Positions 12,400 through 27,005 of a DNA stretch of 64,000 nt are shown here, one piece after another. The notes beneath the pieces are model-generated. The model ran no database searches. It was given only the letters and a program-made list of their open reading frames with translations, and was not told the origin of the DNA. Within the stretch, counting starts at the first letter, position 1. Every line of letters starts with the position of its first letter. The translations under genes and the position numbers were made by a program. Origin of the DNA: Octopus sinensis (lineage: Eukaryota); NCBI RefSeq assembly GCF_006345805.1, contig NC_043000.1, positions 163,804,001-163,868,000 of the forward strand. The letters run 5' to 3'.

Positions 12400-15300
12400 T
12401 ACGCAGATAGAGCTTACCTGAAGCTACATATCAACTAGGACATTATCACTTCAACAATGCTATCAAATAACCCGTAAAAGAAAACATAAAACACTCTATA
12501 GAGTTAAATACTATCACCACCAACAAAATAACAACAATCCCCCCACACACACACACAACCGTACACCTTGTATCACAATAACAACCACAAGTAATATACC
12601 CACACTAAAACAACAAGTAAATGCTTAGATAGTTCCTGTTATCACCGTAAAGGTAACATTGAGGTATCGCATCCTCTGCGCATGCCTACGCATCATTAGT
12701 CCCGACATGCCTAGCTCTCCACGTATTATACTTTAACAGCAAATGGACCATCAGCCCAGCGGAAGTCGCTCCCCTCCACATGAAATGGGAAAGCAAGCGT
12801 TCCCGTCTGGTTAACCACGAAGCTGACCAAGGTACGACGGTCATGCTATAGCAGATGGTGAGAAACCTATGTTATCCTTATTTACTGACCTGTAGAATAC
12901 TCTATCTGGATATGACTTAGATGATCCGGTGCGGTTTCTCCATACTCCCATTGGCACATTCGGGAAATCCAGTCGGTATCTATACGTCTGAGTAGGTTGT
13001 TTGCGGGGATCTCCCACCCTTTCTTCTATCAGGTACTCCGACACAATACAGACGTGCATCCAAGATAACGTTCCAGTCACCCACTAACATTAAAGGTCGG
13101 GACGTTTAGAGAAAAAAACCCTGGTGTCTGAAGAAATCCGGCTATCCTACCCCTGCCGGAGCATTAACAGCCACCACTCTGAAGGCACCCCGTCGCTACC
13201 GTTCACATCCAGGACCATCAACTTTTTTTCTGGGTTCAAGTAGACAGCCCTTATCTTGATATTCCGACTCTTCCGGAACAATACTACTTTTCGGTTGACA
13301 TGGATATATATATATATATATATATCGCATTCACTCGAAAAGGGACATGTACGCTGTTGGATAGGGGAGTCTGATCTCGCTAATGGATACAGCATCTATA
13401 TCAAGCGACCTGAGATTGATGAGAAGGCGACCCCGGGCAACGTGCATTTATACTGCTTATTTTGAACTGGGTCATATTAAACCACAGAGAAAGAGAGAGA
13501 GAGAAAAGAAACACTTATTGTGGAGGAACGAGTGTTTCGTCCCTCAAGCTAGATATGGATATTTCCACGAGTCTTTTGCTGATATTGGACCTAATTTCTC
13601 CTTGTTTATGGCATTAATTTCCTAAAGTAGTATATGTTTGTTACAAAATTTAGATCATTTTTATATGGTGGAATTCTATTGATTAATTTGATGTAGTTGT
13701 CGTGTATGATGTCTGTATTTTCGTGTAAGTACTCCATCAGTGTTTTATTGTTTGTATTTGAGACGATGTAGTTAGTAATGATTCGTTTTGTTCTGATGGG
13801 GGAAGTATTTTGATTGTTAGTGTTTTGTGCTTCAGATGATGATGGTGGTGATAGCAGTGTTGATGCTTGTGATGACAGTGGTAATGGTGGGGATTGCAGT
13901 GGTAATGGTGTTGTTAGTACTCGCGTAGTTGCCGTTGGGAGTGGTACTGGTGCATCGTTACTCGAATCTTCCCTAATTGTTCGTATCTACCAGTTTTTTG
14001 GATTGACATATTTTTGTTTCCTTTTCTTTTCTTTGCCTTTAATACTCTGCAGCACCTTCACTACATGACAGGTCTGTGTGGTGTGAGGCGAGGTAGGTAT
14101 GTCTTGAAGAAGTTGGTAGAACTGATTTTTTGAAATGTTTTGGGGGTTATCTCTGGCTGTTTTTGTTGCTGCTGTCTGTGATGTGGTAGTCCTTGGTGAT
14201 GGTGTATTTCCTATTGCTTTAGTTGCTTCCACTTCTGTTATTGTTGCTGCTACGGCTGTTGTTACTGTTGTTCTCGCATTTGGTAGTTTTCCTCTTGTTG
14301 CTGCTATGAACGCCTTCCTCTACCGGGGACTGTTACTGTTGTATTTGTTGTTATTCTTGGTAATGGTGTGGTAGTGAAAGTGCTGATGTGTCAGCTGAAG
14401 AACTGGTCTCCCTTCTTCCCTTTCCTGTAGGCAAAAAGCCCTGAGATAGTGCTTGTTACCACGCAAGTGAGAAATCAGCCTTCTACTCTCGAGACGGTTA
14501 CGGGTAATTTTGTGCCAGTTGGTAGATTAATCAGGTCCGGTGTCATTTCCATGCTCTGATTGTCCGTCTGTATTAGCTTTTCCATACCTTGATCTGACCA
14601 GGTTTTATTGGGGCTTCTGCAGAATAATAGATTTCTGTATAAGGAAAAGAACCACTGCCACCATCCAGCGGATGTTGATTTCTGGAAGCACGTAAATTAT
14701 CTTCATTTTAAAAATCCTACGATCAAAATAAATCAGTATGAGGACCAGTTCGTTACTAATTAGGGTGGTTAATTAGGTGTGCTTTCTGGCCTCATCCTTT
14801 GTGGCGAATCTTACCTCCACAATTCCGAATTTTTTTCCCTTGACTATGTAAGTTTTTGTATTCCAGGCTGGTCTAAGGAACTTTTCAGTCTGCTGGTGTG
14901 TCGCCTATTCCATTTTTTTTCTTGTATATGAGTGTTTGCAGATTGGTTTGTTCAGTGCCACGTTCCGGCCACGTTTCTCCAACATACTTTTCGCACTTGT
15001 TAGTTCTTTGAAGTCGGTAAAAACGTCCTTGTTCATTTGATGCATCGCGTCAACGAAACGACTAAAGCTAGATTTACAAGTTTTATTTTCGCTGTTTTTC
15101 ATATTGGCGTTAATGGTGTAGGTAGCGGTGGAGGTAGAGACTCCAGGTGTGTTGAATGAAGAAACTACTTTTCTTTTTTTATTCTGTGGCCTCATTTTTG
15201 TTGTGGTTTTTCAATTTCACTTTTGTTGTTTTTTCATTTGCCTTTTCGTTTGTAGTTTTGTTACAATGCAGTGTGATGGTGCGGTTGTGGTAGTGATGCC

Positions 15301-15620
15301 TTCACATTCTTTTTGTATTGTTGTTGTTGTTGTTATTCTTGTTCTTGTTCTTGCATGTACATTGTCTGTTAACAATATTAGTAGGTAGTGGAGGAAACAT
15401 ATTTTCATAATGGCTGTTGGAACAGCCATTTCTAGGATTTGATAGATATGTTGTATTTTTTAAAATATGATATTTTCAGTTATATTTTTCGCAAAGCCAA
15501 CTCACTCTAAGCAAAGCGAGGTTGTTTGTTGATTAAACAGCCCAACAAGAAATACAAACGCCAAACATCAAAATTTAAACAGAACTCACGGAGCTGCAGA
15601 CGCGTAAGTTCTCCTTCAAA
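12400..15620 (-). mobile_element. Decayed L1/Tx1-like LINE: 5'UTR, ORF1, AP endonuclease; RT absent
   Basis: ORF1 remnants include an RRM-like KFGIVEVRFAT and a degenerate CCHC knuckle at about 14480-14430. ORF2 is described in the next feature. Ends are approximate. Confidence 0.7.
12850..13475 (-). pseudogene. AP-like endonuclease of LINE ORF2
   Basis: MTQFKISSINAR..LRSLDIDAVSISE, VVLFRKS, LMLVGDWNVILD (GDWN at 13081-13070), WRNRTGSSKSYPDRVF. Interrupted by a TA run at about 13305. Confidence 0.8.
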
Positions 15621-15644
15621 GTACAAACAATAGTGATAGTTGTT

Positions 15645-16305
15645 TCTACTGTAGGCAGAAGGCCTAAAATTTTGGTAAGAGACCAGTGGATTACATCAAC
15701 TGGTATATATCTTATCGAATCCAAAAAGATAAAAAGCAAAGTTGACTTCGGCGGAATTTGAGCTCAGAACGTAAAGACGAACCAAATGCTGCTAAGCATT
15801 TTGTCCGGCGTGCTAACAATTCTACCAGCTCGCCGTTTTAAGTTTCAAATTTATGCACAAGGCCAGCAATTTCGGGTGTGGGGGTAAGTCAATTACATCG
15901 ACCTCAGTACTTAACTGGTAGTTATTTTCTCGACCCGGAAAAGATGAAAGCAAACTCGACCTCGGTAGAACTTGAACTCAGAATGTACAGACGGAATAAA
16001 TCCTGCGAAGATTCTTTTTTTTTGTCCGGCACGTTAACGTTTCTGCCAGCTTGTCGGTTCACTGCCTTCAATAATAAAAATCATCATCATGATAATGGTT
16101 TCAAAATTTGGCGCAAGGCCAACAGTTTTAGGGGAGAGGTAAAATGACATCGATCCCCAGCTTTCAGCTGCTACTTATTTTATCGAACTCGAAAGGATGA
16201 AAGGCGATGTCGACCTCGACGGAATTTGAACTGAGAACGTAACGGCAGACGAAATTAGGCTACGCATTTCGCCCGGCGTGATAACGTTTCTGCCAGCTCA
16301 CCGCC
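15645..16305 (-). mobile_element. Three tandem family-A SINE copies
   Basis: Three repeats of ..gatgaaaggc..gtcgacctcggcggaatttgaactcagaacgta..tctgccagctcgcc, ending at about 15835, 16060 and 16305. Confidence 0.8.
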
Positions 16306-16363
16306 TTAAAACATATAAAAGAATAAAATAATAAAATATATTTTAATAATAATAATAATAATA

Positions 16364-16412
<49 letters not shown>

Positions 16413-16428
16413 TATAATAATAATAATA

Positions 16429-16459
<31 letters not shown>

Positions 16460-16467
16460 TAATAATA

Positions 16468-17020
16468 ATGATGCCCTGATGCAGTACCAGGCAGTGCTCT
16501 CATGGCTTCTGATCTTAACTGATTGGAAGTGTTATCATGTACATTGTTTTGTCTTGGTATAAAAGATGGGCTACAGCAAATATTCTGCTCAATACCACAG
16601 ATTTGCTTGTCAGTTGTTTGACCTTAACCAGTTGAGCATGTCCCTTAGTCGCTGACGATATGTGCATCTCTGATCACGAGCAGAAGTAGTGGGGGAGCAT
16701 CATAGCCATGTGTTGAGAGGGATGCTTTGGGGTTTGAATAGTTCACCTCTGGAAACATGGTGGTTCTTTCAACATCCTTAAACAACCCTTATTCGGGGAC
16801 CGTTTGAGCGGATGGGTTACTCACCTGAAGAAAATTCTAACTGGGCCTCACCTGCAAGGTCATGTGCTGTTTATCTTGATATGAGATCACCATGTCGCGC
16901 ATATATGGTTGTGATGCATGTGCCTGGTGTACCTTTATCAGACGGGTAGTCATGATGGGTATATTGGGCTTCGTATATTTACCCCAGTGTCACTTGATGG
17001 CATGAACTGCTCTCTCACTC
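16468..17020. mobile_element. ~550-bp non-coding element embedded in an (AAT)n tract
   Basis: Sharp-edged complex sequence with (AAT)n on both sides (16325-16467, 17021-17510). No ORF or tRNA head seen. Confidence 0.5.
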
Positions 17021-17099
17021 AATAATAATAATAATAATAATAATGATAATAATAATAATAATGATATAATAATAATAATATAATAATAATAATAATAAT

Positions 17100-17146
<47 letters not shown>

Positions 17147-17204
17147 TGATAATAATAATAATAAATAATATAATAATAATGATAATAATATAATAATAAT
17201 AATA

Positions 17205-17243
<39 letters not shown>

Positions 17244-17359
17244 CAGCAACGATAATAATAATAAAAATAAAAAATAAGATAATAATAATAATAATAATAA
17301 TAATAATATAATAATAATAACATTAACAGCAACGATAATAATAATAAAATAGAAAATAA

Positions 17360-17396
<37 letters not shown>

Positions 17397-17471
17397 GCAA
17401 CGATAATAATAATAAAAATAAAAAATAAGATAATAATAATAATAATAAAAATAAAAAATAAAATAATAATA

Positions 17472-17509
<38 letters not shown>

Positions 17510-17589
17510 GCTAATTATTCTTTGATGATGTTTATATAAATGCGTCAAATGGTTTTAATTAAACATTCACACACATCCATACAAGCATG

Positions 17590-18441
<852 letters not shown>

Positions 18442-18619
18442 AATAATTATGATTTAGTTGAATTAGGTACTTAAGTTGAGGCACGAAGTCAGTGCGGTAT
18501 TGTTCGCACAGCTCGAAGTTAGGCTTATTTGAAATTGATGTATTGCTTGCATTGATCGATTAAATGGAGACGCTTGAAACGGCCGTAATGCACTGATACC
18601 TGGACAGCCTTGTTACTCC

Positions 18620-18651
<32 letters not shown>

Positions 18652-18767
18652 ATATATATTATATATATAATTAGATAAAGATAGTTATGGCTGGTCTAAG
18701 GGTCTCCCCTGTGTTTCACGTCCATGAAGCGCTTAGCTTTACGCTGTCTTTTCAAACCCTTAATGTT

Positions 18768-19060
18768 TCAGTGGTTAGAACGTTGAGCTCACAATCATGA
18801 GGTAGCGAGTTCTATTCCCGGATCGGGATGTGTATTGTATCCTTGAGCAAGACACTTTATTTCTTGTTGCTCCAGTTCCCTCAACTGTAGAAATGAATTG
18901 CGACGTCACTGGTGCCAAGCTGTATCGGCCTTTGCCTTTCCTTTGGATAGCATCAGTGGCATGGAGAGGGGAGGTTGTTATGCATGGGTGACTGCTATAA
19001 AACAACCTTCTGTTTATCGGATCAACTGGAACGCTCATCGTCGTAACCAACAGGGTACCA
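18768..19060 (+). mobile_element. tRNA-derived SINE with CORE-like motif
   Basis: agtggttagaacg..gagttctattccc head followed by ccttgagcaagacactt. Confidence 0.7.
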
Positions 19061-19175
19061 GATAGAGATAGATCGTTGTGTATACACACACACACGCACA
19101 CACACACACACACACATGCAAGTTCTGCATTGATCAAAAGCGTTACACAAGCACCATTCTGTCCATTTTTCAGGT

Positions 19176-19440
19176 TAAAAAATTAATAAATACGCAATTT
19201 TAAGAGCCTACCCATACTCATGGGCCCGGTTTCCCAGTTTCTATGGTGTAAGTGTTCCCCAGTTGGACGGGACGCCAGTCCATCGCAGCGTTACTCATTT
19301 TTGCCAGCTGAGTGGACTGGAGCAACGTGAAATGAAGTGTTTTGCTCAAAAAAACAACGCGTCGCTCGGTACAGGAATCGAAACCACAATCTTACGATCA
19401 TGGTACTGACACCCTAACCACTAAACCACACGCCTCCACC
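19176..19440 (-). mobile_element. tRNA-derived SINE (family C tail, CORE-like middle)
   Basis: Minus-strand head gtggaggcgtgtggtttagtggttagg..ggtttcgattcc. TSD tttttcaggt at about 19166 and 19442. Confidence 0.8.
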
Positions 19441-19950
19441 TTTTTTCAGGTAACCGAGAAAAAAATGCTTCTTCTCAATTTCAGACCTTCTAGAGTGTTA
19501 CATGTGATGTGAGATGGGGGTTCAAGGTGCAGTTTTTCATCTCTAGTTAGAAATAAGGAACGTTTCCATTATATTTTCATTATTATAATTTTACCAGATT
19601 GCCAGCTTTGCTCATTAAACAAAGCAATTACGCTAATCAGTTACCTGAAAGGTAGTAAGTTATCTGAACAGGAGGGTTTTGCTGACATGAAGCCTCCAAT
19701 TTGAAGGATGGGTAGAAGAAAAGGTATTAATACATGTGATGATTGTGATGGATCGAGATAAGTAGTGAATATGAAATGATGAGTTCGCATAGAAGCCATG
19801 GCTAGCCAGGAATTTGCAAAATTATCCGTCACTTTTGTTGTTGACGAGTTGTTCTCGTTCCCGTTCTTGTTAGAACTTTGCTCCTATATCCCTCCCTCAC
19901 TCTCTCTTTCTTTCTCTCTGTGCGTGTGTGTGTATGTGATTGTGCGTATG

Positions 19951-20046
19951 TTTGTCCTAGTTGCCTGTTAAGTCTTTGTTCTAGTTGCTTGTTAAGCGTT
20001 TGTCCTAGCTGGTTGTTAAGCGTTTGTCCTAGTTGGTTGTTAAATG
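19951..20046. repeat. 24-bp minisatellite x4
   Basis: Unit tttgtcctagttg(c/g)ttgttaagcg. Confidence 0.9.
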
Positions 20047-20209
20047 CTTAGAAAAATGTGTCATTGCAAGACGTTAAGGCTGTGATGAGAGGAAAGTTTG
20101 ATATCTATGAATGTATGAAGCATTTCTACGTGCTTATTACACACATGTATGGCTATGTGTGTGTTTTTGTGTGTGTATTTGCGTTGTTGAGTATTTGAAC
20201 GTGTGCGCG

Positions 20210-21054
<845 letters not shown>

Positions 21055-21371
21055 CTGGCAGCGTATTTATAAATTCAAATCTTGTATTCTCGTTTGGGCA
21101 AAATGAGTGGCAAAACGATTTTCCGAATGAACCAAAAGAAAAAATAAAGTTTTATTTGAATAAATATGAAAACACAAAACCGCAATAAAAGCAAAAAAGT
21201 AACTAATGATAAACGAAGTTCCTTGCTGTTTATCTCTTTGCCCTTACGTGACCCTACCCTATTCTCTTGTATCCTATATTTTCAGTTTTCCATTCCACCC
21301 GGGTTTCTATACACAATTATTAAAGCTTAAAATATCTGACCCGACTGTGTGTGTCTGCCCCCGTGTGTTTT

Positions 21372-21415
<44 letters not shown>

Positions 21416-22459
21416 TGTGTGTACTTTATTAAGAAAACACCCTAAAAATTCATGTCTGGAGTAATAGCTGTATCTTGTATTGGAGAGGACGAAATCGCAA
21501 TGCCAAAATAACTGTATTAGAAACAAAAGATGAATACACAAACGGATAAGCGACTACGTTTGATTGAAAGATGCCAAGTAAATTGTTATACGTTGAGGAT
21601 TGTGTATGAATGGAGCGTCAGGTATAGTCGTTTATATGAACTATCGTACTTTATGAGCAACGGAAGAAAGAAGGGCAAAGTTGATCTCAGTGTCTAAAGT
21701 GACGTAATTATCACATTAGTCTTCAGGGAGGCAGCTCCGTGCGAAGCTGGTAACAGGCTCAAGACAAATGCAAAATATAATCCTGATTTCAATTAATAAT
21801 AAACCCAGGCCAGATGAGAAATGTTGGCTGCATTTGAAACGATAAAAGAGCCAGGCCTGATCTTAGCTGTTGGCTCCATTTCAAACTTCTCGTCAAGTAT
21901 TTTAGTAATCAATGCTAAATATATACGTAATACTTGTGATTTATATATGGCTTGTGCATAAGTACGTGTACGTGCAGAGTGTTTTAATGTGTTTTAATCA
22001 GCTGAGGTAATTATGCTCCTTTACAGCCCCACCAAAACTGGTTGGAGAGAGAAATAAAGGCGTCCCAAAAACTGCAGGCTTGACCCGTATGCTTCCAATG
22101 AAGTGAACTCTGCTAAGAGGTCACACGAGGCGTTAAACCGAGCGGCGCAGTAAATCTACCGTCCAATTAAACATGGCGGTATTCGAGCTCAGAACGTAAA
22201 AAGCGATAATAAATATCGCAAGGCACCCAGTCCGATGTTCTTACAGTTACATTTATACACTGGTACATTTTTATCGAACCATGAAAGGATGAAAGGAATG
22301 ATATTCAATTCTTGGTATTTAATCCTTGACTCACAAATTGCATTTGCAACGTGCAAGTTTACTGGTTGATTTCTTTTTCTGAAAATCTTAGCTTATCCAG
22401 TTTGTCACTTAGGCATTTACTCATAAAAGCAACTGCACCAATTATTATTGGTATAGATG

Positions 22460-22695
22460 TAAGGCGGCGAGCTGGCAGAAACGTTAGCACGCCGGGCGAA
22501 AAATGCTTAGCAGCATTTCGTCTGACTTTACGCTCTGAGTTCAAATTCCGCCGAGGTCGACTTTGTCTTTCATCTTTTCGGGGTCGATAAATTAAGTACC
22601 AGTTACGCACTGGGGTCGATATAATCGACTTAATTCCTTTGTCTGTCCTTGTCTGTCCCCTCTATGTTTAGCCCCCTGTGGCCAATAAAGAAACA
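22460..22695 (+). mobile_element. Family-A SINE, near intact
   Basis: aaggcggcgagctggcagaaacgttagcacgccgggcg...gagttcaaattccgccgaggtcgac...aataaagaaa. Confidence 0.9.
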
Positions 22696-23182
22696 TATAT
22701 ATATGTGTGTGCGCACGCGCGCGCGCGCGTGTGTGTGTGTGTGTGATTTGAGAGGAAAACAAACTAAATACATCCGTTGTCTAACTCGCAATGATTTGAA
22801 GAACTACATCTATTTACTTACATTCCTTTAAGTAATCTGAACTTCACCACCATACGGAAGAAATCAAGTTAGATTCGATCTTAGATTGTAAATGCTATCG
22901 CCTAGAAGGTTCTCAGAACGATTTTCTTTCTCCTCTCAATGAATTCGACGCTTTTAGATAACCATATTTCTTGACCTATGGTCAGCAACGTTAACGGTAA
23001 GGTCACTATAAGGTTCTGTCAGTTATTACGAATTGTCTGGGATGTGACGGGCTGAGTGATACGATGGCGTGTATAACTTGCTCGCTTTAATAAGTATATA
23101 CACACTGGATTATGATTATAGCCAAGAAAAAAAGTACTGGTAAATAGAGAAGAAAAACAGTTTTCATAATATTTTATAACCT

Positions 23183-23525
23183 AAGGCGCATGCGTGGCTG
23201 TATGGTAAGACGTTTGCTTCCTAAGTACATGGTTCCCGCTTCAGTCCCATTGCGTGGCATCTTGGGCCGGTGGACTTGGTAGACGGAAACTGAAAGAAGA
23301 TACATACATACATATCTATATATATGGGTTGGGGGTTGTGTGTTCCACATCACCGCTTGACAGTCGGTGTTGGTTTGTTTACGTCCCCGTAACATAGTGA
23401 TTCGGCAAAAAGGTCCGATAGAATGAGTACAAGGCTTTCAAAAAGTACTGGGATTGATTCGTTCGACTAAAAATTCTTCAAGTTCGTACCTCAGCATGGT
23501 CCCAGTCTAATGAATGGAACAAGTA
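23183..23525 (+). mobile_element. Family-B tRNA/CORE-like SINE, diverged
   Basis: Homologous to 35478-35880. Confidence 0.7.
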
Positions 23526-25289
23526 GTAGACAAGGGGCTGTCATCAAACAGCGGATGAACTTTCATTCTTATAACTGCTTGAATTTTTGATAACTTCTCT
23601 GTAGCAAAATTTGATTATATATTTCTGTTCATTTAAAGAGTATGTATAGTTATCTACAAAAATTCCAGTTAGCATTTCAGTTTTTCGGCCTGTATATTTT
23701 GATTTGGGGCTCCTTTTGGACTATTAGATCCTTGATCCGTAAATTACAATCAGAACAGGTGTAGAACAATAATCTTACTGGATTTAGTTGGATCTTTTCC
23801 AGTATTCCCCCACCACGCTCTTTATCAGATTGGCATCACAACCTTACACTTGAACTCCCAATGTGGTCGAACATATGGTTTGTAAGTACTACAATTTGGA
23901 GAATTTTAAGAACTGTCAAAAATTTCACTGTGAGAGACAACTCACTTTCCCCATTTTACTCCCTTGGAGATCTGTCGATCAACTTTGTTTCCGCTGATGA
24001 ATTACAGTAAACTATTTAGTTACCTCAACGCATTGCAAGTAGTGAATTATCAAGCATTCAAATACATTTGCTTTTTATTGGTATGATACAGTCACGTTCA
24101 ATGTGACCCGAAACATACTAATGCAGTTCTGTTATATATATATTCTGATGTATAGCATCCATTAATTAAAATTTCAGGGAAACTAACAATATGTTAGTTC
24201 CACTTTACTCTTCGTTGTTCGTGCATCAGGGGACCTGAGTATTCCCGTCCTGGTACTCTTTAAAGTTATAACACCATTCACTGGTCACACAATAAAATTC
24301 TATATACTTCTCCAGTCATCTAAAACCTGAAAGTTATGATTCAGACTATACTTACCGTTGAGATCGTGCAGTCATGCAAGACTTAACCACATCTGCTATT
24401 ATCACCATCACCCTATTACATTTTTTCTCCTTATTGTGGGGAAAATTTTAATTATCTAACATTTAAGTCACAAAAAATTTAGTATATTGACGTCGATTTT
24501 ACTAACAGTAGCATTCTGAGCAGCATTGATTCTTAGAGCCTGCTGAAAGATGTGAGGTGGCAGGATATTTCGTTCGTTATTCACTAATCCTAAACTATTA
24601 TCGAACTGTAGAACACAAACACTCTCCTGATTAGGCAGTCTCAAAAACTAGCATTTCCCGTCGAATTAACTATACCAACCATCGTTGATTACCATTCTAA
24701 CAGACCAAGGGGACACAACCTTTATTTCCCTTCCCTGCTTCTGACGTCTTCTCTTCTAATTTTCTCTTTCGATCTTTCCCATTCTCTCTCTCTTCTTAGA
24801 GAAAAGCCATGTTTTATTTTCAACCTGAAAGATTACTAAATAGTACACGGCACACTATACAAGCTCTTTCGACTATTGTACTATTAGAGCATAAAACTTA
24901 TTGTAGCTTACATTTAAAACGTATGCTTATAAACATATATGTATGTATCCATGTATATGCACGTTTGTTTATGCCTAAATATAAATTGGGCTGTACAAAC
25001 GAGAGAAAATGTACTCAATACATGCGGTAGATTTTGTTTATTCGTTCCAAAGTGCCCATTTACTCCATCGTTACTCATAACATCTCAGTATGCGCAACCA
25101 TTCATCTTCTAGTCGACTGAATGATAACACTTACGAGAAACTTTTGAGTTGCGATGGCCAAGAAAAAAAAAGGAAAAGGAAAAAGAGCTGATTATTTTAT
25201 AGATATTCCTAGGGTAGACAGTCTGGTCTACGGGATTTGAAAGCAGAACTTCAATATTTATAAAATATCGAGTAACGTGTTTCGTCAAC

Positions 25290-25819
25290 TCGGGGAATGC
25301 GGATGCATTCGACGTCTTCTTACAAATATAAACCGAATTTCCCTTAAATCCTATTTATGTGTCTTAAAAAGGGAAGGACATAATGGATAATATAATTATC
25401 AAAAAGACGGGGCAGCCATGGAGGAAAGCCTTTAATCTTCATCTCTCCGCTAGAGCAGAGGTAATCTTCAGTTAAACAACAACAGTGAGAAATTGATTCA
25501 ACAGCCCCTTCCAATTGTACAAAAGCATCCTTGATTATTTCTACTACATATTTACTATTCGACTTGCTAGAAATAGCAACTAGATCTCCTTGAATTTAAG
25601 CCATTACGTTTTCAAAAGTGAAGGAGATGACATCAGATGATGTAGTCCTATATCCACTATGCTTGAAATAAAAATAAACTTTCTGTTCACGGCTAGAACA
25701 TCTCTGCTGGGTTAGTCAAAGCTGGCCTAGGTTTTAAATATCCACAACTCATCCCCTTCAGCTTATTAAATAATGAGAGGCAAACCTACAAATGTAATAA
25801 GTAGGAAAAGAAACTGGTA

Positions 25820-25888
<69 letters not shown>

Positions 25889-26110
25889 GCGGAGATGGAG
25901 GAGCAGAGGAGTGAGAGAGGAGTTGTTGTTTAACCACAGATGGACTTTGATCAAGCAAATTACCACAGGGGTATTCCCTTCGTGACCATCCCGTATTCTT
26001 CTTCCTTCCCCAAACAGTACACTTAGGTTATGCCGTCTTTCTTTTTCGTAGGGAAATTTGGATGCTATTTCTAGCAGGTAGTTTGGCCACCTAGTGGTGG
26101 TTTCCTCGTT
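25290..26110. repeat. Cluster of a dispersed repeat (tgctagaaatagca...taaacaacaac), copies in both orientations
   Basis: Related segments at 11420-11590, 25300-25480, 25550-25750, 25930-26110 (minus) and 27090-27220. Confidence 0.55.
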
Positions 26111-26574
26111 AGCTTTTAACTTATATTGCTGTTTGTGTGGGAGGGAAATGTATTTACTTCATCTTTCTATTCTCAATCAATGTAATTATTTCCTTTTTCC
26201 GTTTCCAGTAATATCAAATTTCGACCAGACGATATCACGAATGAATGACAGGAAGTAAGCGAAACTTTACTGGATGCAAATAAACAAGTGACGTACAGTG
26301 GTCCCAGCATTGATTTAAAATTGGTAACTTATGCACTGTCGGATGCCAGATGTTTACTTAGCAGACCGGGACCACAACTTCGGCGGTTTCGATCCTGTTA
26401 GTCGCAACACTTCTCTTCTGACTTCCTATTCTTTTCTTCCAGCACCATCAACAATTTTACCAGTTATATCCTCAAACCGACCATAATACAGTAGAAATCA
26501 GTAAAATTGCAGAGTAACAGCGGTGAAGGTAGTGGAGGAATATTTGTAAGTTTGCCAAAGAAAGAGGAAATTTT

Positions 26575-27005
26575 CATCTTTTATTTGTTTCAGTCATTGG
26601 ATTGTGGCCATGCTGGGGCACCGTTTTGAACAATTTAGACAAACTAATCTACCTCAGTACTTATTTTTTGAAGTCTGGTGCTTATTCTATCAGTTCTTTC
26701 GATGAACCTCTAAGTTATGCGTACGTAAACAAACCAGCGGCAGTTGTCAATCGCTTGTAGAGGGACTAACAAAAAACACAGATACACACACATATATGCA
26801 TTTGTATATATATTCATGTATATGTGTATGTATGTATGTATAAGATGGGCTTCCACACAATTTTCGTCTCTACCATATTCACTCACAAGGCATCAGTTGG
26901 CCCGAAGCTATAGTACAAGACACTTACCCAATGTGCTATGTAGTGGGACTGAACCTGAAACCATGTGATAGTAAAGTGATCTTCTTAACCACATGACCAT
27001 GCCTG
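26575..27005 (-). mobile_element. Family-B SINE, diverged
   Basis: Reverse complement of the 35478-type head (gtgggactgaacc..aaccatgtg) and tail (tttcagtcatt..gtggccatgctgg). Confidence 0.7.

Noticed and set aside
11264-15625. tccttcaaagtaca direct repeat as the TSD of the L1-like element
   Set aside because: It would enclose unrelated repeats, and a similar word occurs at about 60010, so it is probably chance.
23530-24420. Degraded LINE endonuclease on the minus strand (DKERGGGIL)
   Set aside because: Only a single short motif among many stops, too weak to call.
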